From the NCBI GenBank assembly GCA_035308445.1, contig DATGGQ010000030.1:52598-116597 (forward strand): DNA of 64,000 bases. The letters are read 5' to 3'. Shown here piece after piece: positions 46,983 through 57,095 of this stretch; position 1 is the first letter of the stretch, and each line of letters begins with the position of its first letter. A model generated the notes under the pieces. The model saw only the letters and a list, made by a program, of their open reading frames with translations. It made no database searches and was not told where the DNA came from. Position numbers and translations under genes: made by a program. Origin of the DNA: Candidatus Limnocylindrales bacterium. Lineage in GTDB: Bacteria; Chloroflexota; Limnocylindria; Limnocylindrales; CSP1-4.

Positions 46983-48158
46983 ATGGCGGCGCCCCGCACC
47001 ATCGGCGGCGAACCTCGCCGCGTCCAGCAGCCCGCCCTCACCCCCATTTCCTCTGCCGTCGTCGATCCGCGCATCGGCGATCGCGGCCCGGCGCTGCTCG
47101 CGCTCGAGGACGGCACGATCTTCCACGGAGTCGCGTTCGGCGCGCCGATCGCGGCCGGTGGCGACCTCGTCGTCAACACGAGCCAGACCGGCTACCAGGA
47201 GGTCTGCACCGACCCCTCGTACGCCGGCCAGGTCGTCGTCATGACGTATCCGCTGATCGGCAACTACGGCCGGGTCCTCGACGACGACCAGTCGCTCCGG
47301 CCGTGGCTCCGCGGGCTCGTCGTGGCGAACGCGACCGCGGCGGTCCTGGACGACGCGCGGCAGCTCGCGGCCCTCCTCCGGGAGCACGGCATCCCGGCCA
47401 TCGCCGGCGTCGACACGCGGGCCCTCGCCCGTCGCCTCCGGAGCACCGGCAGCCTCCGCGGGCTCATCGTCGAGCCGGGCGCGCTCGACCGGGATCGGGC
47501 GATCCGCCGGGCGCGGGCGGTCCTCCGGTGGGAAGACCAGGACTTCGTCGGCCAGGTCTCGCCGACGTCGGCCGCCGAGATCGGGCTGGGCGAGGACGGC
47601 CCGCTCGTGACGATCGTCGACCTCGGCCTGAAGGCGAACATCGTCCGGTCGCTGCGGCGCCGGGGCGTCCGCGTCCGGATCCTGCCGCATACCGCGCGGC
47701 CCCAGGACGTGCTCGACCCGGAGGTCAGGGGCGTCGTGCTGTCGCCCGGGCCGGGAGATCCGGCGCGGCTGGACGCCCAGGCGGCCCTGGCCCGAGCGAT
47801 CATCGAGGCCCGGCGGCCCCTGCTCGGAATCTGCCTCGGTCACCAGATCGTCGGCCGAGCCGCCGGCGCGGAGACGCGACGCCTGCGGTTCGGTCATCAC
47901 GGTGCGAACCACCCGGTCCGCGACGTCGACACGGGCTACGTTCAGGTGACGGCCCAGAATCACGAGGTCCAGGTCGTCGGCGACACGCTGCCCGCCGCGA
48001 GCGGGTTCCGGGTCAGCCAGGTGAACCTGAACGATGGCTCCGTCGAGGGTCTCCGCCACCGGGAGCTGCCGATCGAGACCGTGCAGTACCACCCCGAGGG
48101 CGCGCCGGGCCCGCTCGACGCGCTGGCGGTCTTCGACCGGTTCGTGGCGGCGCTCTGA
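46983..48158 (+). CDS. carA: Carbamoyl-phosphate synthase small (glutaminase) subunit
   Basis: Glutamine amidotransferase triad region (GICLGHQ...HPE). The N-terminal CPSase small domain is present. ~30-aa N-terminal extension. Confidence 0.85.
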   Translation: MAAPRTIGGEPRRVQQPALTPISSAVVDPRIGDRGPALLALEDGTIFHGVAFGAPIAAGGDLVVNTSQTGYQEVCTDPSYAGQVVVMTYPLIGNYGRVLDDDQSLRPWLRGLVVANATAAVLDDARQLAALLREHGIPAIAGVDTRALARRLRSTGSLRGLIVEPGALDRDRAIRRARAVLRWEDQDFVGQVSPTSAAEIGLGEDGPLVTIVDLGLKANIVRSLRRRGVRVRILPHTARPQDVLDPEVRGVVLSPGPGDPARLDAQAALARAIIEARRPLLGICLGHQIVGRAAGAETRRLRFGHHGANHPVRDVDTGYVQVTAQNHEVQVVGDTLPAASGFRVSQVNLNDGSVEGLRHRELPIETVQYHPEGAPGPLDALAVFDRFVAAL

Positions 48159-51100
48159 TGACCGACCGGCCGCGGTCCGTCCTGATCATCGGCTCGGGGC
48201 CGGTCGTGATCGGCCAGGCCGCCGAGTTCGACTACGCCGGGACGCAGGCCTGCCGGGCGCTCCGCGCCGAGGGCGTCCGAACGATCCTCGTGAACTCGAA
48301 CCCGGCCACGATCATGACCGATCCCGGCGTGGCCGATGCCGTCTACCTCGAGCCGCTGACCGTGCCGGCGATCGAGGCCATCATCGCGATCGAGCGGCCG
48401 GACGGGCTCCTGGCGGGGCTCGGCGGCCAGACCGGGCTCAACCTGGCTATGGACCTCGCCAGAGCAGGCGTCCTCGAACGCCACGGGGTCCGGCTGCTCG
48501 GGACGCCGCTCCGGGCGATCGAGATGGCCGAGGACCGCGAGGCGTTCCGCGACCTGCTCGAGCGGATCGGCCAGCCATATGCCCCGTCTCGGATCATCGA
48601 GGGCGACAGCGCCGAGGCGCGGCAACGCTCCACCGAGCGAGCCCTCGCCGAGATCGGCCTGCCGGCGATCGTCCGTCCCGCCTTCACGCTCGGCGGCACG
48701 GGCGGGGGCATCGTCGAGACGGAGGCCGACTTCCGAGAGCGCGTCCGCTCTGGGCTCCGCGCCAGCCCGATCGGCCAGGTCATGGTCGAGCAGTGCCTCG
48801 TCGGCTGGCAGGAGATCGAGTACGAGGTCATGCGCGACGCGGACGACACCTGCATCGCGGTCTGCTCGATGGAGAACGTCGATCCGCTCGGCGTCCACAC
48901 GGGCGACTCGATCGTCGTCGCGCCCGTGCAGACGCTGCCCGACCCGGTCCACCAGCGGCTCCGGAGCGCCGCCCTGGCGATCATCCGGGCGCTCGGCGTC
49001 GAGGGCGGCTGCAACGTCCAGTTCGCGCTCTCGCCGGACTCCACGGAGTATGTCGTCATCGAGGTCAACCCCCGGGTCAGCCGCTCGTCGGCGCTCGCGT
49101 CGAAGGCCACTGGCTATCCGATCGCCCGCGTGGCGGCCCAGATCGCCATCGGCCGGCGGCTCGCCGAGATCCCGAACGTCGTGACGGGCACGACGGTCGC
49201 GGCCTTCGAGCCGGCGCTCGACTACGTCGTCGTGAAGCTGCCGCGCTTCCCGTTCGACAAGTTCCCGACCGCCGATCGGAGCCTCGGCAGCCAGATGAAG
49301 GCGACCGGCGAGGTCATGGCGATCGACCGGACGTTCTCGAGCGCCCTCAACAAGGCCCTCCGCGGGCTCGAGCAGGCCGGCGCCGGCTTGCTCGCCGAGG
49401 ACCCGGCCTGGCGGGCCACCCTCGACTACCTCGCGGCCGCGCTGGCAGATGAGGATGACGAGAGCATCGAAGATGCGGTCATTCGCTGGGTCGGCGAGCG
49501 CGGCGAGGCCTGCGAGTCGACCCGCTTCGCCCAGCGATCGGCGGCGCCGATCGTCCTGAGGCGGTTCCTCGCTCCATCCGACTCGCGCCTCTGGCGGGTC
49601 CTGGCGCTGCTGCGGCGAGGCGTGCCCGAGGCCTCGATCCACGTCGCGACCGGGATCGCTCCGTGGTTCGTGGCGGAGATGGGCCGGAGCGTCGACGTCG
49701 AGGCGCGGGTGCGGGCGCTCGGGCCGTCGATCCTCGAGGCGGCCCACGACGACGCGGCGGCCGCGACGCTCGTCACGGCGAAGCGCTTCGGGCTCGGCGA
49801 TGCCGAGCTGGCCGCGCTGGCCGGTGCGCCGGTCACGGCGAGCGCGATCCGGGACGTCCGGCTGCGCCTCGGCCTCGTCCCGGGCTTCGCGATGGTCGAC
49901 ACCTGCGCCGCCGAGTTCGCCGCCGAGACGCCCTACTTCTACTCGACCTACGCCGCGTCCGGCTCGGAGCCCGAGGCGCCGGCGGTCCCGCGTCCGGCGG
50001 CGCTCGTCATCGGCAGCGGGCCCGTCCGGATCGGGCAGGGGATCGAGTTCGACTACTGCGCGGTCCAGGCCGCAGACACGCTCCGCCGCGAGGGCTGGTC
50101 AGCGGTCATGATCAACTCGAACCCGGAGACGGTCTCGACCGACTTCGACGCCTCGACCCGGCTGTACTTCGAGGCACTCGATTCGGAGAGCGTCAGGTCC
50201 GTCATCGACGCCGAGAGCCCCACCGGGTCCGCCACCCTCCCGGCCTTCGTCGCCTTCGGCGGCCAGACGCCGCTGAACCTGGCGGCGCCGCTCGCGGCCG
50301 GCGGGGTCCCACTCCTCGGTAGCGACCTCGAGGCGATCGACCAGGCCGAGGAGCGCACCCGGTTCGCGGCCCTCCTCGATCGGCTGGGCATCCCCCAGCC
50401 CGAAGGCGGGATGGCCCACTCGGTGGAGGAGGCGCTGACGATCGCGGAGCGGATCGGCTACCCGGTCATCGTCCGGCCGAGCTTCGTGATCGGCGGCCTC
50501 GCCATCGACTTCTGCTACTCGCCGGACGACCTCGTCCGGCAGCTGGCCGCGGCCACGGTCGTCGATCCGGACCGGCCCGTCCGGATCGATCGCTATCTCG
50601 AGGGCATCGAGGTCGACGTCGACGCGATCTCCGACGGCGTCGACGTGCTGATCCCCGGGCTGCTCGAGCACGTCGAGCGCGCCGGCGTCCACTCCGGCGA
50701 CTCGGTCGGGCTGTTCCCGCCCCAGACGGTTGGCGCTGCCGACCAGGGCCTCATCGTCGCCACGATGCGCCGGATCGTGCTGGCCCTCGGGGCGACCGGC
50801 CTCGTGAACGCCCAGTTCATCGTCCGCGAGGACGGCGTCTACCTGATCGAGGTGAACCCGAGGGCTTCACGGACGGTGCCGTTCCTGTCGAAGGTCACGG
50901 GCGTGCCGATGGTCGAGCTCGCGGTCCGGATCGCCCTCGGCTCGACCCTCGCCGAGCTCGGCTGGCCCGACCGCCTGCTCGAGCCGCCGCCGTTCGTGGC
51001 GGTCAAAGCGCCGGCGTTCTCGACCGCGAAGCTGCGCGGCGTCGATCCGTCGGTCGGGCCGTTCATGCAGTCGACCGGCGAGGTCATCGGGATCCACGTG

Positions 51101-51646
51101 GACCCGCGTGTGGCCCTTGCGAAGGCGCTCCGCGGCGCGGCGCTCGTCCCGCCGCGGGCGCACCTGGGCCACGACGACCCGGCGCCGCTGGCCCTGCTCT
51201 CGATCGCCGACCGCGACAAGGGCCATCTCCCGCGGCTCGCCCGCGCGCTCGACCGGGCCGGCTACCGCCTCGCGGCCACGGACGGCACGCGGGCGGCGCT
51301 CGAGGCCGCGGGCTTCGAGGCCCGGCGCGTGGCCCGCCTCGCGTCGGACGAATCCGAGGCCGCGGGCGTCCCAGACATGATCGGGATGATCCGCTCGGGT
51401 CGCGTCCGGCTCGTCGTGAACACGCCGACGCCGCGCTCCGGACCGGTACGTGACGCGGCCGAGATCCGCCATGCCGCGATCGGCGAGGGCGTGCTCTGCC
51501 TCACCGCGATCGAGACGGCCATCGCCGCGGCCGAGGCCCTCGACCCGGAGGTCGCGGATCGGCTGGCGGAGGTGCGCTCGCTCGACGCCTGGCTGGCCCT
51601 CCGCTCGCCGCTCGCGCGGAACCAGGCGGAGGCCGCCGCGACCTAG
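48158..51646 (+). CDS. carB: Carbamoyl-phosphate synthase large subunit
   Basis: TGATG junction with carA. Two ATP-grasp halves (VLIIGSGPVVIGQAAEFDYAG and LVIGSGPVRIGQGIEFDYC), the oligomerisation domain and the MGS-like domain. 1162 aa. The track shows carA and carB merged into one 1561-aa ORF only because a longer upstream start was used. Confidence 0.95.
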   Translation: MTDRPRSVLIIGSGPVVIGQAAEFDYAGTQACRALRAEGVRTILVNSNPATIMTDPGVADAVYLEPLTVPAIEAIIAIERPDGLLAGLGGQTGLNLAMDLARAGVLERHGVRLLGTPLRAIEMAEDREAFRDLLERIGQPYAPSRIIEGDSAEARQRSTERALAEIGLPAIVRPAFTLGGTGGGIVETEADFRERVRSGLRASPIGQVMVEQCLVGWQEIEYEVMRDADDTCIAVCSMENVDPLGVHTGDSIVVAPVQTLPDPVHQRLRSAALAIIRALGVEGGCNVQFALSPDSTEYVVIEVNPRVSRSSALASKATGYPIARVAAQIAIGRRLAEIPNVVTGTTVAAFEPALDYVVVKLPRFPFDKFPTADRSLGSQMKATGEVMAIDRTFSSALNKALRGLEQAGAGLLAEDPAWRATLDYLAAALADEDDESIEDAVIRWVGERGEACESTRFAQRSAAPIVLRRFLAPSDSRLWRVLALLRRGVPEASIHVATGIAPWFVAEMGRSVDVEARVRALGPSILEAAHDDAAAATLVTAKRFGLGDAELAALAGAPVTASAIRDVRLRLGLVPGFAMVDTCAAEFAAETPYFYSTYAASGSEPEAPAVPRPAALVIGSGPVRIGQGIEFDYCAVQAADTLRREGWSAVMINSNPETVSTDFDASTRLYFEALDSESVRSVIDAESPTGSATLPAFVAFGGQTPLNLAAPLAAGGVPLLGSDLEAIDQAEERTRFAALLDRLGIPQPEGGMAHSVEEALTIAERIGYPVIVRPSFVIGGLAIDFCYSPDDLVRQLAAATVVDPDRPVRIDRYLEGIEVDVDAISDGVDVLIPGLLEHVERAGVHSGDSVGLFPPQTVGAADQGLIVATMRRIVLALGATGLVNAQFIVREDGVYLIEVNPRASRTVPFLSKVTGVPMVELAVRIALGSTLAELGWPDRLLEPPPFVAVKAPAFSTAKLRGVDPSVGPFMQSTGEVIGIHVDPRVALAKALRGAALVPPRAHLGHDDPAPLALLSIADRDKGHLPRLARALDRAGYRLAATDGTRAALEAAGFEARRVARLASDESEAAGVPDMIGMIRSGRVRLVVNTPTPRSGPVRDAAEIRHAAIGEGVLCLTAIETAIAAAEALDPEVADRLAEVRSLDAWLALRSPLARNQAEAAAT

Positions 51647-51932
51647 GCCGCGGCGGCCTCGCCATGGCTGCATGCCGCGGCATCGGACCCGTCGCACTGA
51701 CCGTGACCGGGCAGCTGGCCAGCCCCGGCATGCACGGCGCGAAGGGCGCGGACGTGGGTCCGCTCCGCGACACGGAAGGTTCCCTGGTGGGCCGAGGCCT
51801 CGGCCGGCATGGTGCGATCGTCGGTGGCCTCGTCATCGGTGGCTCGAGCTCGGCGGGCGCCTCTGCCTCTGCGAGCAGCTCCTGGTGGCGGCTTCCCGTG
51901 AGGAACCGCAGGTCGTCCATCAGCCCGATCAT
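51501..51932 (-). CDS. Doubtful small ORF downstream of the ArsR-like gene, preceded by a 22-codon upstream ORF
   Basis: AAGGGAG 7 nt before ATG 51930-51932. Only the first ~30 codons (MIGLMDDLRFLTGSRHQELLAEAEAPAELE) look coding. The rest is antisense to the carB 3' end, so the real stop is unknown. Confidence 0.2.
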   Translation of the reverse strand: MIGLMDDLRFLTGSRHQELLAEAEAPAELEPPMTRPPTIAPCRPRPRPTREPSVSRSGPTSAPFAPCMPGLASCPVTVSATGPMPRHAAMARPPRPRSRRPPPGSARAASGGPARRRASAPPPADPRPPGRGPRPRRWPSRSR

Positions 51933-52032
51933 CGCTCGACTCCCTTCCCGACCTTCTCGATCGTCATCTCAAGGTTGTTAGTCATCGATCTAATCATTGG
52001 TCGTCCGCCTTTCAGGACAGCAACAATCGGAG

Positions 52033-53127
52033 TCAGCCGACCAGGAAGCGCGTCAGGTCGCCGAGCGCGTCCTGGAGCCGTTCGCGGCGGAGGCTGTAAT
52101 ACACGGCCGAGCCGGCCTGGACGGCGGTCACGAGGCCGGCGGCGCGGAGCTGGACCATGTGGTGCGTCACCGTGGGCTTGCTGATGTCGAGGAGCGCCGC
52201 GAGCTCGGTGCCGTACAGGTCCTTCTCGGCGAGGGCCTTGAGGATCCGGAGCCGGGTCGCGTCGCCGAGGGCTCGGTGGAGGCGCAGGACCGATGGCGGC
52301 GGCGAGAGGGGATCCACGTCGAGCGCGGCGTCCGCGACCGGATAGCCGGCGAACCGCCAGTCCGTCCCGCCGAACAGGTAGTTGAACGGCCGCGAGAAGT
52401 ACGACGGGGCGAGGATGACCCGCCGGATCGCGGGCTCCGGCATGATCCGGATCCCGCCGGTTGTCTGCTCGACGAGCTCGACGCCGCCGAGCCGCTCGCG
52501 ATCTGCGGCCCGCAGGTCGTAATCGCGCTGGATGATCCCGGCGACGCGAGGCTCGACGGTCGCGAACGCTGGCGCCCACGCCTCGAGCAGCGCGACGAGG
52601 CCGTCATAGGCGGCGTTCGGGTCGGCGAGGATTCCGGCCAGCGCCTCGGACTTGTGGCCGTCGACGCGGGCCAGGATGGCATCGGTGGCCGATCGATCGC
52701 CGGCGAGCGCTCGCTTGAGCTCCGCGTGATCGACGTCGTGCATCTCGCCGACGAGGTGGGGGAACAGATCCTCCGGCGATGTCGCCCGGATGGCGGCGAC
52801 CACGTAGGCCGCCGTGCGGAGCTCGGGATGATCGACGAGGAACCCGGCCAGGTGGATCGTGACCATCCGGCCCGGGGTGCCGTGGGCGAGGAACTGGCGT
52901 GAGGCCTCGGGCAGCGCGGCGAGCGCATCGGCGAGCCAGGTCCGGTCGGCCTCCGGCAGGTCATCCGTCGTGCCCGAATCCTCGGACAGCGAGAGGATGA
53001 AGTCGAAGGCCGGCCGGACGTCCCACTCGATCGAGAAGGACGCGGACGCCGCGGTGAAGTCCCGCACGGGCGGGCTCGCCGGACGCTGGCTCGGGCGCGT
53101 GGCGGCTCGTGGTCCGCGACTCGCCAT
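52033..53127 (-). CDS. ArsR-family transcriptional regulator with ~250-aa N-terminal sensor-like domain
   Basis: AGGAGG RBS. C-terminal wHTH LGDATRLRILKALAEKDLYGTELAALLDISKPTVTHHMVQLRAAGLV. 364 aa. Confidence 0.7.
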   Translation of the reverse strand: MASRGPRAATRPSQRPASPPVRDFTAASASFSIEWDVRPAFDFILSLSEDSGTTDDLPEADRTWLADALAALPEASRQFLAHGTPGRMVTIHLAGFLVDHPELRTAAYVVAAIRATSPEDLFPHLVGEMHDVDHAELKRALAGDRSATDAILARVDGHKSEALAGILADPNAAYDGLVALLEAWAPAFATVEPRVAGIIQRDYDLRAADRERLGGVELVEQTTGGIRIMPEPAIRRVILAPSYFSRPFNYLFGGTDWRFAGYPVADAALDVDPLSPPPSVLRLHRALGDATRLRILKALAEKDLYGTELAALLDISKPTVTHHMVQLRAAGLVTAVQAGSAVYYSLRRERLQDALGDLTRFLVG

Positions 53128-53241
53128 TGTTCAAGGTCCTCCTGACGACTGTTCGATGCGCATCTAACACCACGTTCCCGGCGATGTCAAGCGGGGACGG
53201 TCGGGATCCGGTCGTCACGGGCCGTCGTATCCTCGGAGGCC

Positions 53242-53625
53242 ATGGCAGGTTCGCGAGCCATCATCCCGACGCGCTGCAACATCGGCGCGGCCGAGCTGTC
53301 CCGGCGCCGGGTCGTGGCCATCGTCCTGACGGGTGCCACGGCGGTCGTCGCCGTCGCGCTGCTCGCCGCTGGCCTGCCGCACCTCGCCCGGATCGGGCTG
53401 TGGCCGTTCGCCGCCGGGGCCGGCGTGTCGTGGCTGCAGGTGACGCGCCGGTTCTGCGTCCGATTCGGCGCCCAGGGCGTCGAGAACTTCGGGCCGCTGG
53501 GTGCCGAGATCCCCGTGGATCCGGCCCAGCGCGCGGCCGATGCCCGTAGGGCCACGCTGATGATCCTCGAGGGCGTCCTCGCCGGGCTCGTCGTCACCAC
53601 CCTCTTCGTCGTCCTGCCGCTCTGA
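53242..53625 (+). CDS. Hypothetical small membrane protein
   Basis: Divergent from the ArsR-like gene. Two TM helices (VVAIVLTGATAVVAVALLAAGL; LAGLVVTTLFVVLPL). All overlapping frames look like antisense junk. Confidence 0.4.
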   Translation: MAGSRAIIPTRCNIGAAELSRRRVVAIVLTGATAVVAVALLAAGLPHLARIGLWPFAAGAGVSWLQVTRRFCVRFGAQGVENFGPLGAEIPVDPAQRAADARRATLMILEGVLAGLVVTTLFVVLPL

Positions 53626-53658
53626 GGCCCGCAGGCGCGCCTGCGCTAGCATCCCGGC

Positions 53659-54966
53659 GTGCCCGTCCCCACCGTCGAGTTCAGCGATGAGCGCCTGCCC
53701 AACGGCCTGCGCCTGATCGTCGCCGAGGACCACCTCGTGCCGGTCGCCGCGGTCAACCTCTGGTACGCCGTCGGCTCGAAGCACGAGGAGCCGGGCCGGA
53801 CGGGCTTCGCCCACCTCTTCGAGCACGTCATGTTCCAGGGCTCGGCCCACGTCGGGAAGGCCGAGCACCTCGCGATCGTCCAGGCGGCCGGCGGCGTCGG
53901 CAACGGCAGCACCTGGCTCGACCGGACGAACTACTACGAGTCCGTCCCGGCCCACGAGGTCGAGCTCGCCCTCTGGCTCGAGGCCGATCGCATGGGCACG
54001 CTCCTCGACGCGCTATCGCAGGACAACCTCGACAACCAGCGCGAGGTGGTGAAGAACGAGAAGCGCCAGTCGTACGACAACCGCCCGTATGGCTCGTGGA
54101 ACGAGAAGCTGCTCGCCGCGCTGTTTCCGCCGAGCCATCCCTACCACCACCCGACGATCGGCTCGATGGACGACCTGAACGCGGCGTCGCTCGATGACGT
54201 CAGGGCGTTCTTCCGACTGCACTACGCGCCGAACAACGCGGTCGTGTCGGTCGTGGGCGACGTCGACCGCGCCCGCGTCCGCGCCTGGACCGAGCGCTAC
54301 TTCGGCGCCATCCCCGCGAACCCCGACCTGCCGGTTCGCCTGCCCGACCTGACGCTGCCGCCGGTCCTCGGCGCGGCGATCCGGGAGGTCGTGCCGGATC
54401 GCGTCCCGCTGCCCCGGATCTACTGGGGCCTGCGCGCCCCGGTCTATGGCGACCCCCGCCTGGAGGCCCTCGACATGGCCGGCCAGGTCCTCGCGGGTGG
54501 CAAGGGCAGCCGGCTCCACCGCCGGCTCGTCCGCGACGACCGCATCGCCCAGGACGTCGCGTTCTTCACGATGGGCTTCACCGGCGGAGCCTCGGTCTCC
54601 GCCGGCTGGGCCACGGCCCGGCCCGGCGTGGATCTGGCCATGCTCGAGTCCGCGTTCTGGGAGGAGCTCGAGCGCCTGACCGTCGAGCCGGTGACGGACG
54701 ACGAGCTCGACCGGGCGAAGGCCCTCACCGAGGCCGACGAGCTCGGGGCGCTCATGCGGGTCGACGAGCGGGCCGACCGGCTCTCGATGTACGCGACGCT
54801 GTTCGACGACCCGGGCCTCGTGAACCGGATCCTCGGGCGCTACCTGGCCATCACGCCCGCCGACATCCAGGGGGTCGCCCGGGACGTCTTCCGCCCGGAC
54901 AACCGGGTCGTGCTCACGTACGTGCCCGCGGCGATGAACGAGCAGCCCGGAGAGGCTGCCGCGTGA
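53659..54966 (+). CDS. M16-family zinc metallopeptidase (insulinase/pitrilysin-like), active subunit
   Basis: Inverted zinc motif HLFEH (HxxEH) plus the downstream Glu region. 435 aa. Confidence 0.85.
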   Translation: MPVPTVEFSDERLPNGLRLIVAEDHLVPVAAVNLWYAVGSKHEEPGRTGFAHLFEHVMFQGSAHVGKAEHLAIVQAAGGVGNGSTWLDRTNYYESVPAHEVELALWLEADRMGTLLDALSQDNLDNQREVVKNEKRQSYDNRPYGSWNEKLLAALFPPSHPYHHPTIGSMDDLNAASLDDVRAFFRLHYAPNNAVVSVVGDVDRARVRAWTERYFGAIPANPDLPVRLPDLTLPPVLGAAIREVVPDRVPLPRIYWGLRAPVYGDPRLEALDMAGQVLAGGKGSRLHRRLVRDDRIAQDVAFFTMGFTGGASVSAGWATARPGVDLAMLESAFWEELERLTVEPVTDDELDRAKALTEADELGALMRVDERADRLSMYATLFDDPGLVNRILGRYLAITPADIQGVARDVFRPDNRVVLTYVPAAMNEQPGEAAA

Positions 54967-56366
54967 CGGACACGACGGTCGTCGCGGAGCGGCCGACGCC
55001 GGGCGAGCCCCGCCCGTACACGTTCCCGACATTCGACCGGGTCGCGCTGGGCAACGGCCTCGGCGTCATCGCCGTGGATCTGCCAGGGCGCGAGCTCGTA
55101 TCGGCCTCGCTGGTCCTCCCGGCCGGTGCCGTGGACGAGCCGGACGCCGAAGCGGGCGTGACCAGCCTCATGGCCCGCGCGCTCGCCGAGGGCACGAAGC
55201 ACCACGATGCGATCGAGCTCGTCGAGGCGACCGAGCGGCTCGGCGCGTCGCTCCATGCCGAGGCCGGCTGGGACGCGCTGTCGGTGAGCGTCGACGTTCC
55301 GGTCGAACGGCTGGACGCGGCCCTCGACCTCGCCGGCGAGGTCCTCGCCGAGCCCGTCTTCCCGCCGAACGAGGTCGAGCGCCTCCGCGAGGAGCGCCTG
55401 AACGACCTCCTCCAGGCCCGGGCCGATCCCCGCCGTCGGGCGGAAGAGGCCTTCATCGACACGATCTACGACCGCGCGTCGCCATATCGACGACCGTCCG
55501 GCGGGACCCGCGACACTGTCGTGCGCCTTGACGCCGCCGCCTGTGCGGCAGAGCTCGGCCGCCGGTTCGAGCCCAGCCGAATGACCCTGGTGCTCGGCGG
55601 GGATTTCGAAGGGGTCGACGTGCTGGGCCTCGCGAACGCCCACTTCGGCGCCTGGACGGCGAGCCCGACGTCGGAGCTGCCGGGCCCGATCACCTCGCGG
55701 TCGGCGCTCGAGGGCCGCCGCCAGCGCCTCGTCCGCATCGACCACCGGCCCGGTTCCGTGCAGACGGAGATCCGGATCGGGCACGTCGGGCTACCGCGGC
55801 GGATCGACGACTTCCACGCGCTGTCGGTGATGAGCGCCATCCTCGGCGGCCTCTTCGACTCGCGGCTGAACCGCAGGCTCCGCGAGGAGAAGGGGTACAC
55901 GTACGGCGCGAGCGCCGGGTTCGACCTGCGGCGAGCCGCCGGGCCGTTCGCCGCCCGGACCGCGGTGAACACCGACGTCACGGTGCCCGCGGTCCTGGAC
56001 ACGCTGGCCGTCCTCGAGGGCATGGGGGCCGGCGACGTGACGGATGCCGAGCTGCGCGCCGCCCGCGACTTCCTCATCGGCGTGTTCCCGCTCCGCTTCG
56101 AGACGCCGCCAGCCGTGGTCGGCGCGATCGGCGGGCTCGTCGTCCACGGCCTGCCATTCGACGAGCTCCGTCGCTACCGCCCGGCGATCTCGGCGGTCAC
56201 GGCCGACGACGTCGTGGCCGCGGCCCGAGCCCACGTTCGGCCGAACGATGCCGCGATCGTGCTCGTCGGCGACGCCGACGCGTTCCTGCCTGCCCTCGAG
56301 GCCGCCGACCTCGGGGAGATCGTCGTCGACCGCGAGCCGCTGCCGGGGGACGCTGCCTCGGGCTGA
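54963..56366 (+). CDS. M16-family peptidase, non-catalytic partner subunit
   Basis: GTGA overlap with the upstream M16 gene. M16 fold without the HxxEH motif. 467 aa. Confidence 0.8.
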   Translation: MTDTTVVAERPTPGEPRPYTFPTFDRVALGNGLGVIAVDLPGRELVSASLVLPAGAVDEPDAEAGVTSLMARALAEGTKHHDAIELVEATERLGASLHAEAGWDALSVSVDVPVERLDAALDLAGEVLAEPVFPPNEVERLREERLNDLLQARADPRRRAEEAFIDTIYDRASPYRRPSGGTRDTVVRLDAAACAAELGRRFEPSRMTLVLGGDFEGVDVLGLANAHFGAWTASPTSELPGPITSRSALEGRRQRLVRIDHRPGSVQTEIRIGHVGLPRRIDDFHALSVMSAILGGLFDSRLNRRLREEKGYTYGASAGFDLRRAAGPFAARTAVNTDVTVPAVLDTLAVLEGMGAGDVTDAELRAARDFLIGVFPLRFETPPAVVGAIGGLVVHGLPFDELRRYRPAISAVTADDVVAAARAHVRPNDAAIVLVGDADAFLPALEAADLGEIVVDREPLPGDAASG

Positions 56367-56414
56367 AACCTTTCCGGTTCCGGTCGCCTCAAGGATGCGG
56401 GCCGGGTACGCAGG

Positions 56415-57095
56415 GTGCGTGCCGACCGGATCACCGCCGAGATGACGAACGGAACGTCCGGATGGCTGGGCAGCGACGCCACGATGACCGCGATGCCGGT
56501 CGCTCCCTCGACCGGCCATGCCGAGTGGAGGTCGCCCATCGACGCCAGGGCCACGGACGCCGTCGATGAGCGCGCGATCGCGGCCGCGGTCCTGGCCGGC
56601 GACACGGAGGCCTACCGGCTCCTGGTCGACCGGGAATCGAGCGCGGTCGTGCGGGCGTGCCTGCGCGTGCTCGGCGATCTCGGGGAGGCTGAGGATGTCG
56701 CCCAGGAGGCGTTCGTGATCGCCTATCGATCGCTCGCGATGTGGCGTGCCGACGGGCCGTTCGGGGCGTGGCTCTCGCGGATCGCGATCCGGCTCGCCAT
56801 TCGTCAGCTCGGTCGCCGGCGGCCCGTCTCGTGGATCGAGCCCGATCCCGACGCCGAGGCCCAGACCGATCCCGCCGATGCGGCCATCCGCGGGGAGCGC
56901 GCCGACCAGGTTCGGGCGGCCGTCGCGTCGCTCGGCGATCCGTATCGCGAGACCGTCGCGCTCCGGTTCTTCGCCGATCGGTCGCTCGACGAGATCGCGG
57001 CCGTGACCGGGCGGCCGCTCGGGACCGTCAAGACGCATCTCCGGCGCGGGCTCATCCAGCTGCGCGACCGGATCGAATCGGGCGGCCCGCGGTGA
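56415..57095 (+). CDS. RNA polymerase sigma factor, ECF subfamily
   Basis: Region 2 (EDVAQEAFVIAYRSLAMWRADGPFGAWLSRIAIRLAIRQ) and region 4 (SLDEIAAVTGRPLGTVKTHLRRG). The start is uncertain: GTG 56415, ATG 56442 or ATG 56484. Confidence 0.75.
   Translation: MRADRITAEMTNGTSGWLGSDATMTAMPVAPSTGHAEWRSPIDARATDAVDERAIAAAVLAGDTEAYRLLVDRESSAVVRACLRVLGDLGEAEDVAQEAFVIAYRSLAMWRADGPFGAWLSRIAIRLAIRQLGRRRPVSWIEPDPDAEAQTDPADAAIRGERADQVRAAVASLGDPYRETVALRFFADRSLDEIAAVTGRPLGTVKTHLRRGLIQLRDRIESGGPR

Noticed and set aside
46961-51646. Single 1561-aa ORF
   Set aside because: It is really carA (46983..48158) and carB (48158..51646). The CarA domain ends at a TGA in another frame, and a TGATG junction starts CarB. 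The long ORF is an upstream extension of the carB frame.
51664-51981. Plus-strand 105-aa ORF after carB
   Set aside because: Coding-like for ~45 codons only, then low-complexity. It competes with the equally weak minus-strand ORF, so neither can be called confidently.
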